DNA of 64,000 bases from positions 116,833-180,832 of the forward strand of contig CAYUZE010000002.1 in the NCBI GenBank assembly GCA_964449585.1, in the 5' to 3' direction. Positions 56,096 through 64,000 of the stretch are shown piece by piece. Position 1 is the first letter of the stretch. The number at the start of each line of letters is the position of its first letter. The notes beneath the pieces were generated by a model that was not told where the DNA came from, ran no database searches, and saw only the letters and a list, made by a program, of their open reading frames with translations. The position numbers and the translations under genes are program-made. Source of the stretch: an uncultured Gammaproteobacteria bacterium (GTDB lineage: Bacteria; Patescibacteriota; Microgenomatia; UBA10105; UBA927).

Positions 56096-57724
56096 ATGCT
56101 GTTTCGTGCTCAAAAATTACGTCGTGGATTTACCCTTCTTGAGCTTCTTATAGCGATAACGCTCTTCGGTGCGATAACCTCATTGTTGCTGGTCGCCATT
56201 AATCCGTTTGAGCAGGTAAGAAAAGGTACGGATACGGTTCGTCGTACGGTGGCCGCCGACATGTATAGTGCCGTCACCAACCTTTCGATTAAAAGCGGCA
56301 ATTATCCTTGGAAAAGCAATCTAAATGGTGTGACATTGGCAAGCACCGAGGGTGAACAGGCGATTGCCGCGCTCATTGCCGCGGGGGAGTTATCGCAGGC
56401 ATTTACCAAAGTTTCCCGAAATGATCTTGCCAAAATAACCCTTACCGCATCGACCGACGGATCCGTTTTGCGGCTTTGTTTTATCCCGGAGTCAAAAATC
56501 CTGAAAAATGATGTCGCAACCGCGTATGACCGCTACGGCAACAGTGCGGCAACCTGTCCTCCCGAGGGGTGTTACTACTGTATGACTAACAATGCGACCA
56601 CCGTCATTGCCGACGCTCCGGTTTCCGGCGGCGGCGTGGGCGGTTCGGGTACGGAAAACGTTACGGTACCGATTACTCCCACCGCAACCCCGGTACCCGT
56701 GCTTCCGACGTCGGCACCCACCGTTACCCCAACGCCGACCGTTATGGTCACTCCCACCGTAGCGCCGACGCCGACGGCTACGCCCATGCCCGTCGGTGCT
56801 CCGATCACGAAAAAAGTGTATCTTGTCGTGTACAATCCGCAGTTATCCGCGGCATTCGGTCCGAATCAGAATCACCTCAGTTTCTACGGCTCCAATGATC
56901 CGTACGCGCTCACCAACGAGGCGATCGCGTGGTTTAAGTCACTTACCAACGGACGAGTCAATTATGTGCTGACCAAACAAACGGTGCTCAATAAGTACCC
57001 GACGCTCACGGACGGTTTTGCCTACACCGATACGACGTATCATTCCATGATTACGGGTACTACCCCCGTCCACGAACCGGTGTGGGCGAACTATAACACC
57101 ATCCTCAATGAAACCCAGGCGTGTGAAGCGTTTAATGCGGGAGAAATTGATGAGCTCTGGTTGTTCGGCGGGTCATGGTTCGGATTTTATGAATCACGAC
57201 TTGCCGGTACCGGTGCCTTCTGGTACAACGCACCGATTGTGACGGGGACAAGTTGCGCCAAGCCGCTGCCGATCATGGGGTATAACTTTGAGCGGGGGCT
57301 TGCGGAGATGATTCACGACTTCGGCCATCGTGCCGAATACACCATGCTCAAAGTCTATACATCGTGGGCGAGAAGCCGTATTTATACGAACTTTGACCGA
57401 TTTGCCCTGGTACAGGCAAAAGCGACCAGCTACGCGTTTAGCGGATGCGGCACCACGCACTTTCCGCCGAATGCCCCGGTTGATTATGACTATTCGAACA
57501 TGGCGGTAAAACTCACCATGTGTGACGACTTTTATAACTATCCTGAGTTGGCGCCCGTTGCCGATATTGTGGCGGAGACGATCGATTGCCGTACCTGGAA
57601 TTGTACGGATATCGGTTTTTTCGGCTATTGGTTCTCGCACTTGCCGCAATTTGCCGGAACTGCTCCCGACGGAAAACGTAACGACTGGTGGGACTATCTG
57701 TTAAATCCCAGCAAAGCGCTGTAA
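56096..57724 (+). CDS. type IV pilin-like (prepilin N-terminal cleavage/methylation domain) large protein
   Basis: Class III signal peptide RRGFTLLELLIAITLFG; Pro/Thr/Val-rich linker; ~330-aa C-terminal domain. Confidence 0.65.
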   Translation: MLFRAQKLRRGFTLLELLIAITLFGAITSLLLVAINPFEQVRKGTDTVRRTVAADMYSAVTNLSIKSGNYPWKSNLNGVTLASTEGEQAIAALIAAGELSQAFTKVSRNDLAKITLTASTDGSVLRLCFIPESKILKNDVATAYDRYGNSAATCPPEGCYYCMTNNATTVIADAPVSGGGVGGSGTENVTVPITPTATPVPVLPTSAPTVTPTPTVMVTPTVAPTPTATPMPVGAPITKKVYLVVYNPQLSAAFGPNQNHLSFYGSNDPYALTNEAIAWFKSLTNGRVNYVLTKQTVLNKYPTLTDGFAYTDTTYHSMITGTTPVHEPVWANYNTILNETQACEAFNAGEIDELWLFGGSWFGFYESRLAGTGAFWYNAPIVTGTSCAKPLPIMGYNFERGLAEMIHDFGHRAEYTMLKVYTSWARSRIYTNFDRFALVQAKATSYAFSGCGTTHFPPNAPVDYDYSNMAVKLTMCDDFYNYPELAPVADIVAETIDCRTWNCTDIGFFGYWFSHLPQFAGTAPDGKRNDWWDYLLNPSKAL

Positions 57725-57733
57725 GCTAGAGAT

Positions 57734-58591
57734 ATGAATACCCTCCCGTTAGCTCCGACGCCCAACACTTCCGACGGGGCTCCGGTGGCAAATGAAAGGA
57801 ACGGTAAAAAAGCGAAAACAATCGCGATATTTTTGGCGTTGTATGCCGTGGGGTTGGCGGCAATTATCGGGATCGTGCTATCACGCAGGAACACCCCCGC
57901 CTCTCAGGCGCCCGTAGCAAACACCGAACATGTCGTGATTCCCAAACCGACATCCGCGCCGCTTTGCCCGGAGGCTGCTATTGCCTACACGTATCAGGAA
58001 GCAACGGCCGATCCGTCGGGTACCTGTGCACTCTATCTTTCCCCGCGTTCGGAGGGAGAAGGGGGAGAGACGCAGGGGGAAGTAGTCATGGACGAGCCGA
58101 GAACGGGAAGCGCCATCGGTGCATTACCCTCCGATATCGCCGATATAAAAAATCTTAAGGTTCTGCAGGCCAATCGGAACGATCTCGTCAGTGTGCCTTC
58201 GACATTGCACCTGCTCCAGAGTCTGACGCATGTGTCGCTTTCCACCAATAACTTCCGCGTTATCCCTCCTGATATTTTGGCGCTGCAAAATCTCATAGCA
58301 CTAGATATGAGCAGGAACATGATCGTTACCGTTCCCGCAGCCATCGGTTCACTCACCAAACTGGAACATCTTTTCCTGTATGGGAACCGTATTACGGCGC
58401 TTCCGGAAGAAATAGGACAACTTTCCTCACTGACGGTTTTACAGCTTTCGGAAAATCGCCTCACCAGACTCCCCGATAGCATACGGAATCTTACCAATCT
58501 TACCGATTTGTATCTTGAAAAGAACCCGCTGGAAGCGGGAGAGCCGGAGCGTTTACGCTCATTGCTTCCGCAGACCACGGTACACTATTAG
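57734..58591 (+). CDS. leucine-rich-repeat (LRR) protein with an N-terminal membrane anchor
   Basis: About seven LxxLxLxxNxL repeats (LKVLQANRNDL..., LTHVSLSTNNF..., LIALDMSRNMI..., LEHLFLYGNRI..., LTVLQLSENRL..., LTDLYLEKNPL). Confidence 0.7.
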   Translation: MNTLPLAPTPNTSDGAPVANERNGKKAKTIAIFLALYAVGLAAIIGIVLSRRNTPASQAPVANTEHVVIPKPTSAPLCPEAAIAYTYQEATADPSGTCALYLSPRSEGEGGETQGEVVMDEPRTGSAIGALPSDIADIKNLKVLQANRNDLVSVPSTLHLLQSLTHVSLSTNNFRVIPPDILALQNLIALDMSRNMIVTVPAAIGSLTKLEHLFLYGNRITALPEEIGQLSSLTVLQLSENRLTRLPDSIRNLTNLTDLYLEKNPLEAGEPERLRSLLPQTTVHY

Positions 58592-58599
58592 ACACCGTT

Positions 58600-58673
58600 C
58601 TATTTTCGGGTATATTTCGTATAATTTGCTATAGTTCTATCCAGTTGACCGCCTCTATTTTCGGGTTTATTAT
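58600..58673 (+). promoter_or_regulatory. promoter region of the dinB operon, with two direct repeats CTATTTTCGGGTnTAT
   Basis: Repeats at 58600..58611 and 58655..58666; -35 TTGACC at 58645..58650 and -10 TATTAT at 58668..58673 with a 17-nt spacer, which repeat 2 occupies; a second TATAAT lies at 58620..58625. Confidence 0.4.
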
Positions 58674-58682
58674 GGTTTTGTT

Positions 58683-58940
58683 ATGCCGGAAACCATCAAT
58701 GAACCCGTATCCGTAACGCTTTGGAGTAATCATAAAACCCGAAAAGTGCTCCCCTACAGCATCTACTGGAAAGGACGGCACTACCGCATTACCACCATAG
58801 GATTACATCACACCGTTTGGGAAGGCAGACGGTTGTTCCATATCTTTTCGGTCAGCGACGGCAATACGTTCTTTAAACTCGTCATGGATAGTGAAAGTTT
58901 GGCGTGGACGCTTGTCGAAGTGGAAACGAGCGTGCATTAA
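58683..58940 (+). CDS. hypothetical small protein, co-transcribed with the Y-family polymerase
   Basis: 85 aa ORF ending 5 nt before the dinB start. Confidence 0.4.
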   Translation: MPETINEPVSVTLWSNHKTRKVLPYSIYWKGRHYRITTIGLHHTVWEGRRLFHIFSVSDGNTFFKLVMDSESLAWTLVEVETSVH

Positions 58941-58945
58941 CCGAT

Positions 58946-60238
58946 ATGGATTTTAACCCGATAGCGCCGCGTGTCATGCATGTTGACATCAACTCATGTT
59001 TTGCCACGGTGGAACAACAGGCAAACCCGCTCCTTCGGCATAAACCCGTCGTGGTGGCGGCCTATGTCAAAGACTACGGGTGTATTTTGGCCGCCTCCCG
59101 CGAAGCAAAAGTATTGGGGATCAAAACAGGGATGTATGTGGGGGAAGCCAAAAAGATATACCCCCGGGTGGTGGTGTTACCCCCCGATCCGCCGAAATAC
59201 CGTATCGTGAACCGAAAACTGTTGGGACTGTTGCAGTCGTACACTGCAGATATACGCGTCGAATCAATTGATGAAATGGTCATGGGATTAAACGGCGCTC
59301 CCATCCTGATGACGCATACGATGGAAGAAGTCGCCCGCGACATCAAATCGCGGATAAAAAATGAAATCGGGGAGTGGATCACGGTTTCGTGCGGGATTGC
59401 CCCTAACCGATATCTTGCCAAGGTTGCCTCGGGACTGCAAAAGCCTGACGGACTGGTCACCATTACCCGCGAAAATATTATTGCTACGTTTTCGCGGATG
59501 CAGCTCACCGATTTCTGCGGGATCAAAGCGGGCAACAGCAACCGGCTTATTGCCGCGGGAATCACCACCCCGCTCGCGTTGTATCGGGCAAGCGCGATTA
59601 CCCTTAAACGCGCGTTCCGTTCGGTGGTGGGACTGCATTGGTGGCTGAGGCTTCACGGGTATGAAGACGGCGGCAGATACAAAGCATTCGGCAGTAGTGA
59701 GGAAGAAGATCAAAAAAGTTTCGGACAATCCTATGTGTTGGGAACCGCGCGGGGTACCCGCGACGCACGGCTTTGGCAGATACTTGCCCAACTCACCATG
59801 AAAATGGCAAGAAGACTCCGCAAAGACGGGTTTTGCGCCTACGGGGTAGGAGTGTCCGCCATGTTTTCCGATCACACGCATTGGCATACCCAGGAAAAGA
59901 AGTCGTTTGCCCTGAGTGCGGATCTTGAGTTTTATACCGAAATGCGCCGGATGCTTACTCACGCACCCGAAAAGGACGTCAAGATGCTTGCCGTGTATTG
60001 TTATGCGTTACACCGAAACGACAGTACCCAGGTTTCGCTCTTTCCGGAAGAAAACAAAAAACTGCTTATTACCCATGCCGTGGATGCCATTCAGGATAGG
60101 TTCGGGGATTTTGCCATCTATCCCGCGCGTATGGCAAATATGGAGCAACGGGTGTTGGATAGAATTTCGTTCGGCGGGGTGCAGGGACTGCCGGAGGTGC
60201 CGTTCACCGAACGGATTTTGCATGAACAAGCGTCTTGA
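58946..60238 (+). CDS. dinB: Y-family DNA polymerase (DinB/Pol IV-like)
   Basis: N-terminal HVDINSCFATVEQ (compare DMDAFFASVE) and SIDE catalytic motif; start placed at MDFNPIAPRV. Confidence 0.85.
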   Translation: MDFNPIAPRVMHVDINSCFATVEQQANPLLRHKPVVVAAYVKDYGCILAASREAKVLGIKTGMYVGEAKKIYPRVVVLPPDPPKYRIVNRKLLGLLQSYTADIRVESIDEMVMGLNGAPILMTHTMEEVARDIKSRIKNEIGEWITVSCGIAPNRYLAKVASGLQKPDGLVTITRENIIATFSRMQLTDFCGIKAGNSNRLIAAGITTPLALYRASAITLKRAFRSVVGLHWWLRLHGYEDGGRYKAFGSSEEEDQKSFGQSYVLGTARGTRDARLWQILAQLTMKMARRLRKDGFCAYGVGVSAMFSDHTHWHTQEKKSFALSADLEFYTEMRRMLTHAPEKDVKMLAVYCYALHRNDSTQVSLFPEENKKLLITHAVDAIQDRFGDFAIYPARMANMEQRVLDRISFGGVQGLPEVPFTERILHEQAS

Positions 60239-60277
60239 CACCTCCTACGGGAAAAGAGTACCTTGGTCAGTAAGTTA

Positions 60278-60432
60278 ATAAATCAAGAGTGGTGGGGAGA
60301 GATCTCGCTCTGTGAACCATCCGGCAACCGAGGGAATGTACCTGCGGTGCCCCAACGAGTCCTCGCTTTGCGGGGAATGATTTGCCAAACAGTAGGGAAA
60401 AAACCTCACCCCGCTTGGCGGGGTATTTTGTT
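60278..60432 (+). ncRNA. candidate SAM-I (S-box) riboswitch with an intrinsic terminator, in the metK leader
   Basis: AAATCA-AGAG-uGGuGGGGAGA...UGAAcCauCCGGCAACC...GGUGCCccAAC..CC..GC...UGAUUU matches SAM-I conserved blocks (compare B. subtilis AUCA-AGAG-aGGcGGAGGGA...UGAAaCCcGGCAACC...GGUGCCAAuuCCuGC...AAGAU); P1 AAAUCA/UGAUUU; terminator CCCCGC-uug-GCGGGG-UAUUUUGUUU at 60405..60432. Confidence 0.6.
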
Positions 60433-60460
60433 TCACTTCGTTTGGCAGGAAAGGCGAGTT

Positions 60461-61576
60461 ATGAAAACAACGACCCACTTTACCTCGGAATCCGTGGCGT
60501 CCGGGCATCCCGACAAAATCTGTGACCAGGTATCGGATGCGATTGTGGATGCCGCACTTGCGGTTGATCCCAAGGCACGGGTAGCGGTGGAAACGCTCGT
60601 CACGACCGACCGAATCGTGCTTGCGGGCGAAGTCACCTGTACGAAAAAACTCGATTACGAAAAAATAGCCCGAAAAACGATAAAGAGCCTGGGGTACACC
60701 AACAAAGCGTTCGGATTTTGGTATAAATCCCCGATATCGGTCTATATCCACGAACAGTCGCCCGATATCGCAGGCGGGGTGGATGAAGGAGGAGCGGGCG
60801 ATCAGGGCATGATGTTCGGCTACGCGACCAATGAAACGCCCGAATATATGCCGCTTCCGCTTGTGCTGTCGCATCGGCTGGTCGAAAAGATGGACGAAGC
60901 ACGCGAAAAGAACGTGTTGCCGTTTCTTCGTCCCGACGGCAAAAGCGAAGTGAAGGTGCGATACGAAAACAACAAGCCGGTTGCGGTTGAACGGATCGTG
61001 CTGGCCGTTCCCCACGACCCGAAAATCACCAATGCGGAACTCAAAAAGAAATTGTACGAGAAAGTGATAAAGCCCGTCATGAAAAGGTATAAGCTTAATC
61101 CGCCTCCCCTTGATGATGTCATCGTCAATGGAAGCAAGGGAAAGTGGGAAATAGGCGGGCCTGCCTCCGATACCGGGGTGACGGGAAGAAAGATCATCGT
61201 CGATACCTACGGCGGATTTTCCCGTCACGGCGGCGGAGCATTTTCCGGCAAGGATCCGACGAAAGTGGATCGAAGCGGTGCCTATGCCGCCCGTTTTATC
61301 GCCAAAAACATCGTTGCCCACGGACTCGCTGATCGGGTGGAAGTACGGGTGGCGTATGTCATCGGTCAACGGGAGCCGCTCGGGAAAGCCATCGATACCT
61401 TCGGCACCGAGAAGAAATCGCTTGCCGACATTGAAGCATTTGCGTGGCAGCTCCTTGACATGTCGGTGCCGGGTATTCTTTCGCGGCTTAAATTGCGTCG
61501 ACCGATATACAGGAAAACCGCCCGCTACGGGCACTTCGGGCGTGCTGGTTTCCCATGGGAGGAAGTTGTAAAATAA
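60461..61576 (+). CDS. metK: S-adenosylmethionine synthetase
   Basis: FTSESVASGHPDKICDQVSDA N-terminus and GGGAFSGKDPTKVDRS motif; start at the internal Met MKTTTHF. Confidence 0.9.
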   Translation: MKTTTHFTSESVASGHPDKICDQVSDAIVDAALAVDPKARVAVETLVTTDRIVLAGEVTCTKKLDYEKIARKTIKSLGYTNKAFGFWYKSPISVYIHEQSPDIAGGVDEGGAGDQGMMFGYATNETPEYMPLPLVLSHRLVEKMDEAREKNVLPFLRPDGKSEVKVRYENNKPVAVERIVLAVPHDPKITNAELKKKLYEKVIKPVMKRYKLNPPPLDDVIVNGSKGKWEIGGPASDTGVTGRKIIVDTYGGFSRHGGGAFSGKDPTKVDRSGAYAARFIAKNIVAHGLADRVEVRVAYVIGQREPLGKAIDTFGTEKKSLADIEAFAWQLLDMSVPGILSRLKLRRPIYRKTARYGHFGRAGFPWEEVVK

Positions 61577-61595
61577 CCGTCTCCTTCGGGAGAGT

Positions 61596-61913
61596 ATGAC
61601 GATACGCACCTTCGGCAAAGAAACGGCAAAATATGCGGGATGTTTCTGTCCCGCGTGTTTTGCCTCGCTTGAGCAGCAGAAAAGAACGCAGTTTGTGCGG
61701 ACAATTCTCCCGAGAATCCCGTTTGGACAGGGAGCTACCGAGGAGATCACCCGATTAGCAGGGGAGCACGATGCCGCAAAACCGACGCACGAGATTATTG
61801 TATGGCGATTTGATGACACGCATCCTATTGACGTTCGCATCGTTCGCATGTTGAAAAAATATAAAGTTCCCGTAACGCATGTTGATTTTTCCCGAAACAC
61901 GTATGAAACATGA
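61596..61913 (+). CDS. hypothetical small protein with a CPxC motif (possibly thioredoxin-fold)
   Basis: 105 aa; GCFCPAC near the N-terminus. Confidence 0.35.
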   Translation: MTIRTFGKETAKYAGCFCPACFASLEQQKRTQFVRTILPRIPFGQGATEEITRLAGEHDAAKPTHEIIVWRFDDTHPIDVRIVRMLKKYKVPVTHVDFSRNTYET

Positions 61914-61927
61914 TAGAATGAGTGCCG

Positions 61928-63094
61928 ATGGAAATGTCTCGGCCACTTGCTGACGCGTTACGACCTCACACCTTGGACGAAATTATCGGACAAGATCACC
62001 TTGTCGGCAAAGACGGGATAATCCGAAAATTTCTCGCGAAGGGCTTTCTTCCCTCGATGGTATTGTGGGGTCCTCCCGGAAGCGGCAAAACCTCGCTCGC
62101 CCAATTGTTAGCAACCCTCACGGATGCGCATTTCGTAGCGGAATCGGCTGTGACGACATCGCTTGCCACGGTACGGGGCATTATCGCCGAGGCGGCCGAG
62201 CGCCTCAAAACGGGCAGGCGCACCGTACTCTTTATTGATGAAATACACCGCTTTAACAAAGCACAGCAAGACGCGCTTCTTCCGCATGTCGAGAAAGGCA
62301 CCGTCATTTTTATCGGCGCCACGACCGAAAATCCTTCGTTTGAAGTGATCAGCCCGTTGTTGTCCCGTCTGCGGGTACTCGTCCTCCAGCAGTTGTCGGA
62401 AGACGCGTTGCGGCGTATTACCGAGCGCGGGCTTTCGTACTGTAAGAAAACGATAACACCCGATGCGGAAAAATTTCTTTGGGAAGTGGCAAACGGTGAC
62501 GGGCGGGCACTCCTGACCACGCTCGAAATAGCAGCCCAAATCTCCAAAGGGAAACAACTCACGCTTAAAACGATCGAGGAAGCGGCGCAACGGAAGACGC
62601 TCCACTATGATAAAGGTGCCGAGGAACATTACAACACGATAAGCGCGTTTATAAAATCCATGCGCGCAAGCGATCCCGATGCGGCATTGTATTACTTGGC
62701 GCGTATGGTTGAAGCGGGAGAGGATCCGCTGTTTATTGCACGGCGCATGGTCATTTTTGCGTCGGAAGATATAGGGGTAGCCCAACCCACCGCGCTGGTT
62801 GTCGCGAATGCCGTCTTTGATGCCTGCAATAAAATCGGCTACCCGGAATGTCAGGAAAATCTTGCCCACGGTGTCGTGTATTTATCCCTCGCAAAAAAAG
62901 ACCGAAGCGCGTATGATGCATACTTTGCCGCTCTTGCTGACGTCAAAAAATACGGTAACCTTCCGATTCCGCTGGTTATCCGTAACGCGCCGACCAAACT
63001 GATGAAGGACATAGGCTACGGCAAAGGGTATCAGGCATACACAAAGGAAAGTCTGCTTCCCGACACCTTAAAAGGAAAGAAATATCTTAAATGA
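61928..63094 (+). CDS. rarA: replication-associated recombination protein A (AAA+ ATPase, MgsA/WRNIP1 family)
   Basis: Walker A GPPGSGKTS, Walker B LFIDEIHRFNK, and the C-terminal MgsA helical domain (GDGRALL...); TAGAAT is 8 nt upstream of the ATG. Confidence 0.85.
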   Translation: MEMSRPLADALRPHTLDEIIGQDHLVGKDGIIRKFLAKGFLPSMVLWGPPGSGKTSLAQLLATLTDAHFVAESAVTTSLATVRGIIAEAAERLKTGRRTVLFIDEIHRFNKAQQDALLPHVEKGTVIFIGATTENPSFEVISPLLSRLRVLVLQQLSEDALRRITERGLSYCKKTITPDAEKFLWEVANGDGRALLTTLEIAAQISKGKQLTLKTIEEAAQRKTLHYDKGAEEHYNTISAFIKSMRASDPDAALYYLARMVEAGEDPLFIARRMVIFASEDIGVAQPTALVVANAVFDACNKIGYPECQENLAHGVVYLSLAKKDRSAYDAYFAALADVKKYGNLPIPLVIRNAPTKLMKDIGYGKGYQAYTKESLLPDTLKGKKYLK

Positions 63095-63522
63095 TTATGG
63101 TAAAAGAAGTATCCGCAGGAGGACTCATTTTTTGTAAAAGCAGGAAGGGACTGCATCTTCTTGTGATGAAGGATCGAAAGGGGTTATGGACGTTTCCCAA
63201 GGGAAAGATTGAACCTGGCGAAGATCTGGAAACAACCGCCGTTCGAGAAATAGCCGAAGAGGTGGGAATGCGTAACCTCACTCTTGTGGGAGCACTGTCT
63301 CCCGCTTCCTATTGGTATTTCCGCAGGCTTCCCATCCGAAAAACGGTGCATTTTTACGTGTTTGTCGCAAACTCCATGCAAAAGCCGGTGGTACAAACGG
63401 AGGAGGGAATCACCGATGCAACATGGATACCGGTAGATGAGGCGAAAAAATGCATCGGGTATCCGAAAACGAATCTCCCGCTTATCGTTGAAGCAGTAAA
63501 AAAAATGGGGTCATCCGTATAA
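63091..63522 (+). CDS. NUDIX hydrolase
   Basis: Nudix box GKIEPGEDLETTAVREIAEEVG; 4-nt overlap with the rarA stop. Confidence 0.8.
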   Translation: MIMVKEVSAGGLIFCKSRKGLHLLVMKDRKGLWTFPKGKIEPGEDLETTAVREIAEEVGMRNLTLVGALSPASYWYFRRLPIRKTVHFYVFVANSMQKPVVQTEEGITDATWIPVDEAKKCIGYPKTNLPLIVEAVKKMGSSV

Positions 63523-63526
63523 TCCT

Positions 63527-64000
63527 ATGCTTACGCTTATTCACGGCGATCATCTTACCGCATCACGCTCTAAACTTACGGAGCTTAAAGCGGCGGCACA
63601 AGACAAGGAACTCCGCGAGCTTCCGGGGAAAAAACTCGATCCGAACGCGTTGGTACAGGCGCTTGAGTCTTCCTCCATGTTCGGCGGAGATACGCTTGTT
63701 ATTATCGAGGGTTTCATCAGTAACGCCAAGAAGCGGGAGAAACTGTTCGGTACCCTGCTTGCGCAAATTCTTGCAGCATCAAAACATACGGATATCATTC
63801 TGTATGAGGATAAAGAAGTTGAAAAGGGAACCCTTGCCAAGATCGGGACAAACGCCCGTACGTTTCTTTTTAAACTCCCCACCGTTATCTTCCAGTTTTT
63901 GGACAGCATCATGCCGGGCAACGCCAAAACGTCGCTCACCCTCCTCGCACAGGTGATTTCCCAGGAAGTGCCCGAAGTCGTGTTTGCGTTACTGGTACGA
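63527..64000 (+). CDS. holA: DNA polymerase III delta subunit (HolA-like), 5' part only, truncated by the window end
   Basis: MLTLIHGDH...LVIIEG pattern typical of HolA N-termini; the ORF is open to the window end. Confidence 0.55.
   Translation, partial: MLTLIHGDHLTASRSKLTELKAAAQDKELRELPGKKLDPNALVQALESSSMFGGDTLVIIEGFISNAKKREKLFGTLLAQILAASKHTDIILYEDKEVEKGTLAKIGTNARTFLFKLPTVIFQFLDSIMPGNAKTSLTLLAQVISQEVPEVVFALLVR

Noticed and set aside
60275-61900. 541-aa ORF on the minus strand spanning the whole metK locus
   Set aside because: It is antisense to an unambiguous metK gene with strong homology, so it is a shadow ORF typical of GC-balanced coding DNA. The same reasoning applies to 15383..16558 (antisense to dnaE), 62108..62869 and 61996..62562 (antisense to rarA), 23885..24591 (antisense to atpD), 9225..9970 and 10118..10684 (antisense to murT), 12882..13418 (antisense to gatA), and 57194..57649 and 58033..58578.

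Overview
This 64-kb window (GC about 50-52%) is gene-dense and almost entirely chromosomal housekeeping. There are no rRNA genes and no CRISPR array. Most genes run in long co-directional blocks with 1-4 nt gaps or overlaps. Recognisable genes include mltG, a Na+/Ca2+ exchanger, rpiB, polX, lemA-htpX, murT-gatD, gatC-gatA-gatB fused directly to dnaE, a complete F1Fo ATP synthase operon (atpZ-like, B, E, F, H, A, G, D, C), pyrG, rplS, yraN, nth, a P-type cation ATPase, a patatin-like lipase, adk, obg, cspA, a DEAD-box helicase, a Y-family polymerase (dinB), metK, rarA, a NUDIX hydrolase and the 5' part of holA. Four tRNAs are present: Gly-CCC, Asp-GUC, Lys-UUU and Glu-UUC. Several ORF-track calls are too long because they run over tRNAs or upstream genes. 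Points that deserve a second look, in rough order of interest: (1) a likely SAM-I riboswitch with an intrinsic terminator upstream of metK; (2) an AT-rich 1.6-kb islet abutting tRNA-Lys, with a 15-nt direct repeat of the tRNA 3' end, which looks like an integration remnant; (3) an 8-kb block of hypothetical genes between adk and obg (44.5-52.7 kb) containing a zeta-toxin-like P-loop kinase convergently overlapping an Rsm22-like methyltransferase, and a 425-aa protein fusing an unknown N-terminal domain to a UPRT-like phosphoribosyltransferase fold; this is the best candidate for an undescribed system, but the function is only inferred; (4) a recurring promoter architecture in which a (TGn)TAnAAT -10 box lies 5-9 nt upstream of the start codon, implying widespread leaderless mRNAs; (5) a promoter for the dinB operon with two 12-nt direct repeats placed like operator sites; (6) a 542-aa type-IV-pilin-like protein next to an LRR protein; (7) a ~60-aa acidic/His-rich insertion in ATP synthase subunit a and a truncated delta subunit. 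Taxonomic placement is inference only: a small-genome bacterium with Gram-positive-like wall chemistry (MurT/GatD), possibly Patescibacteria-like.
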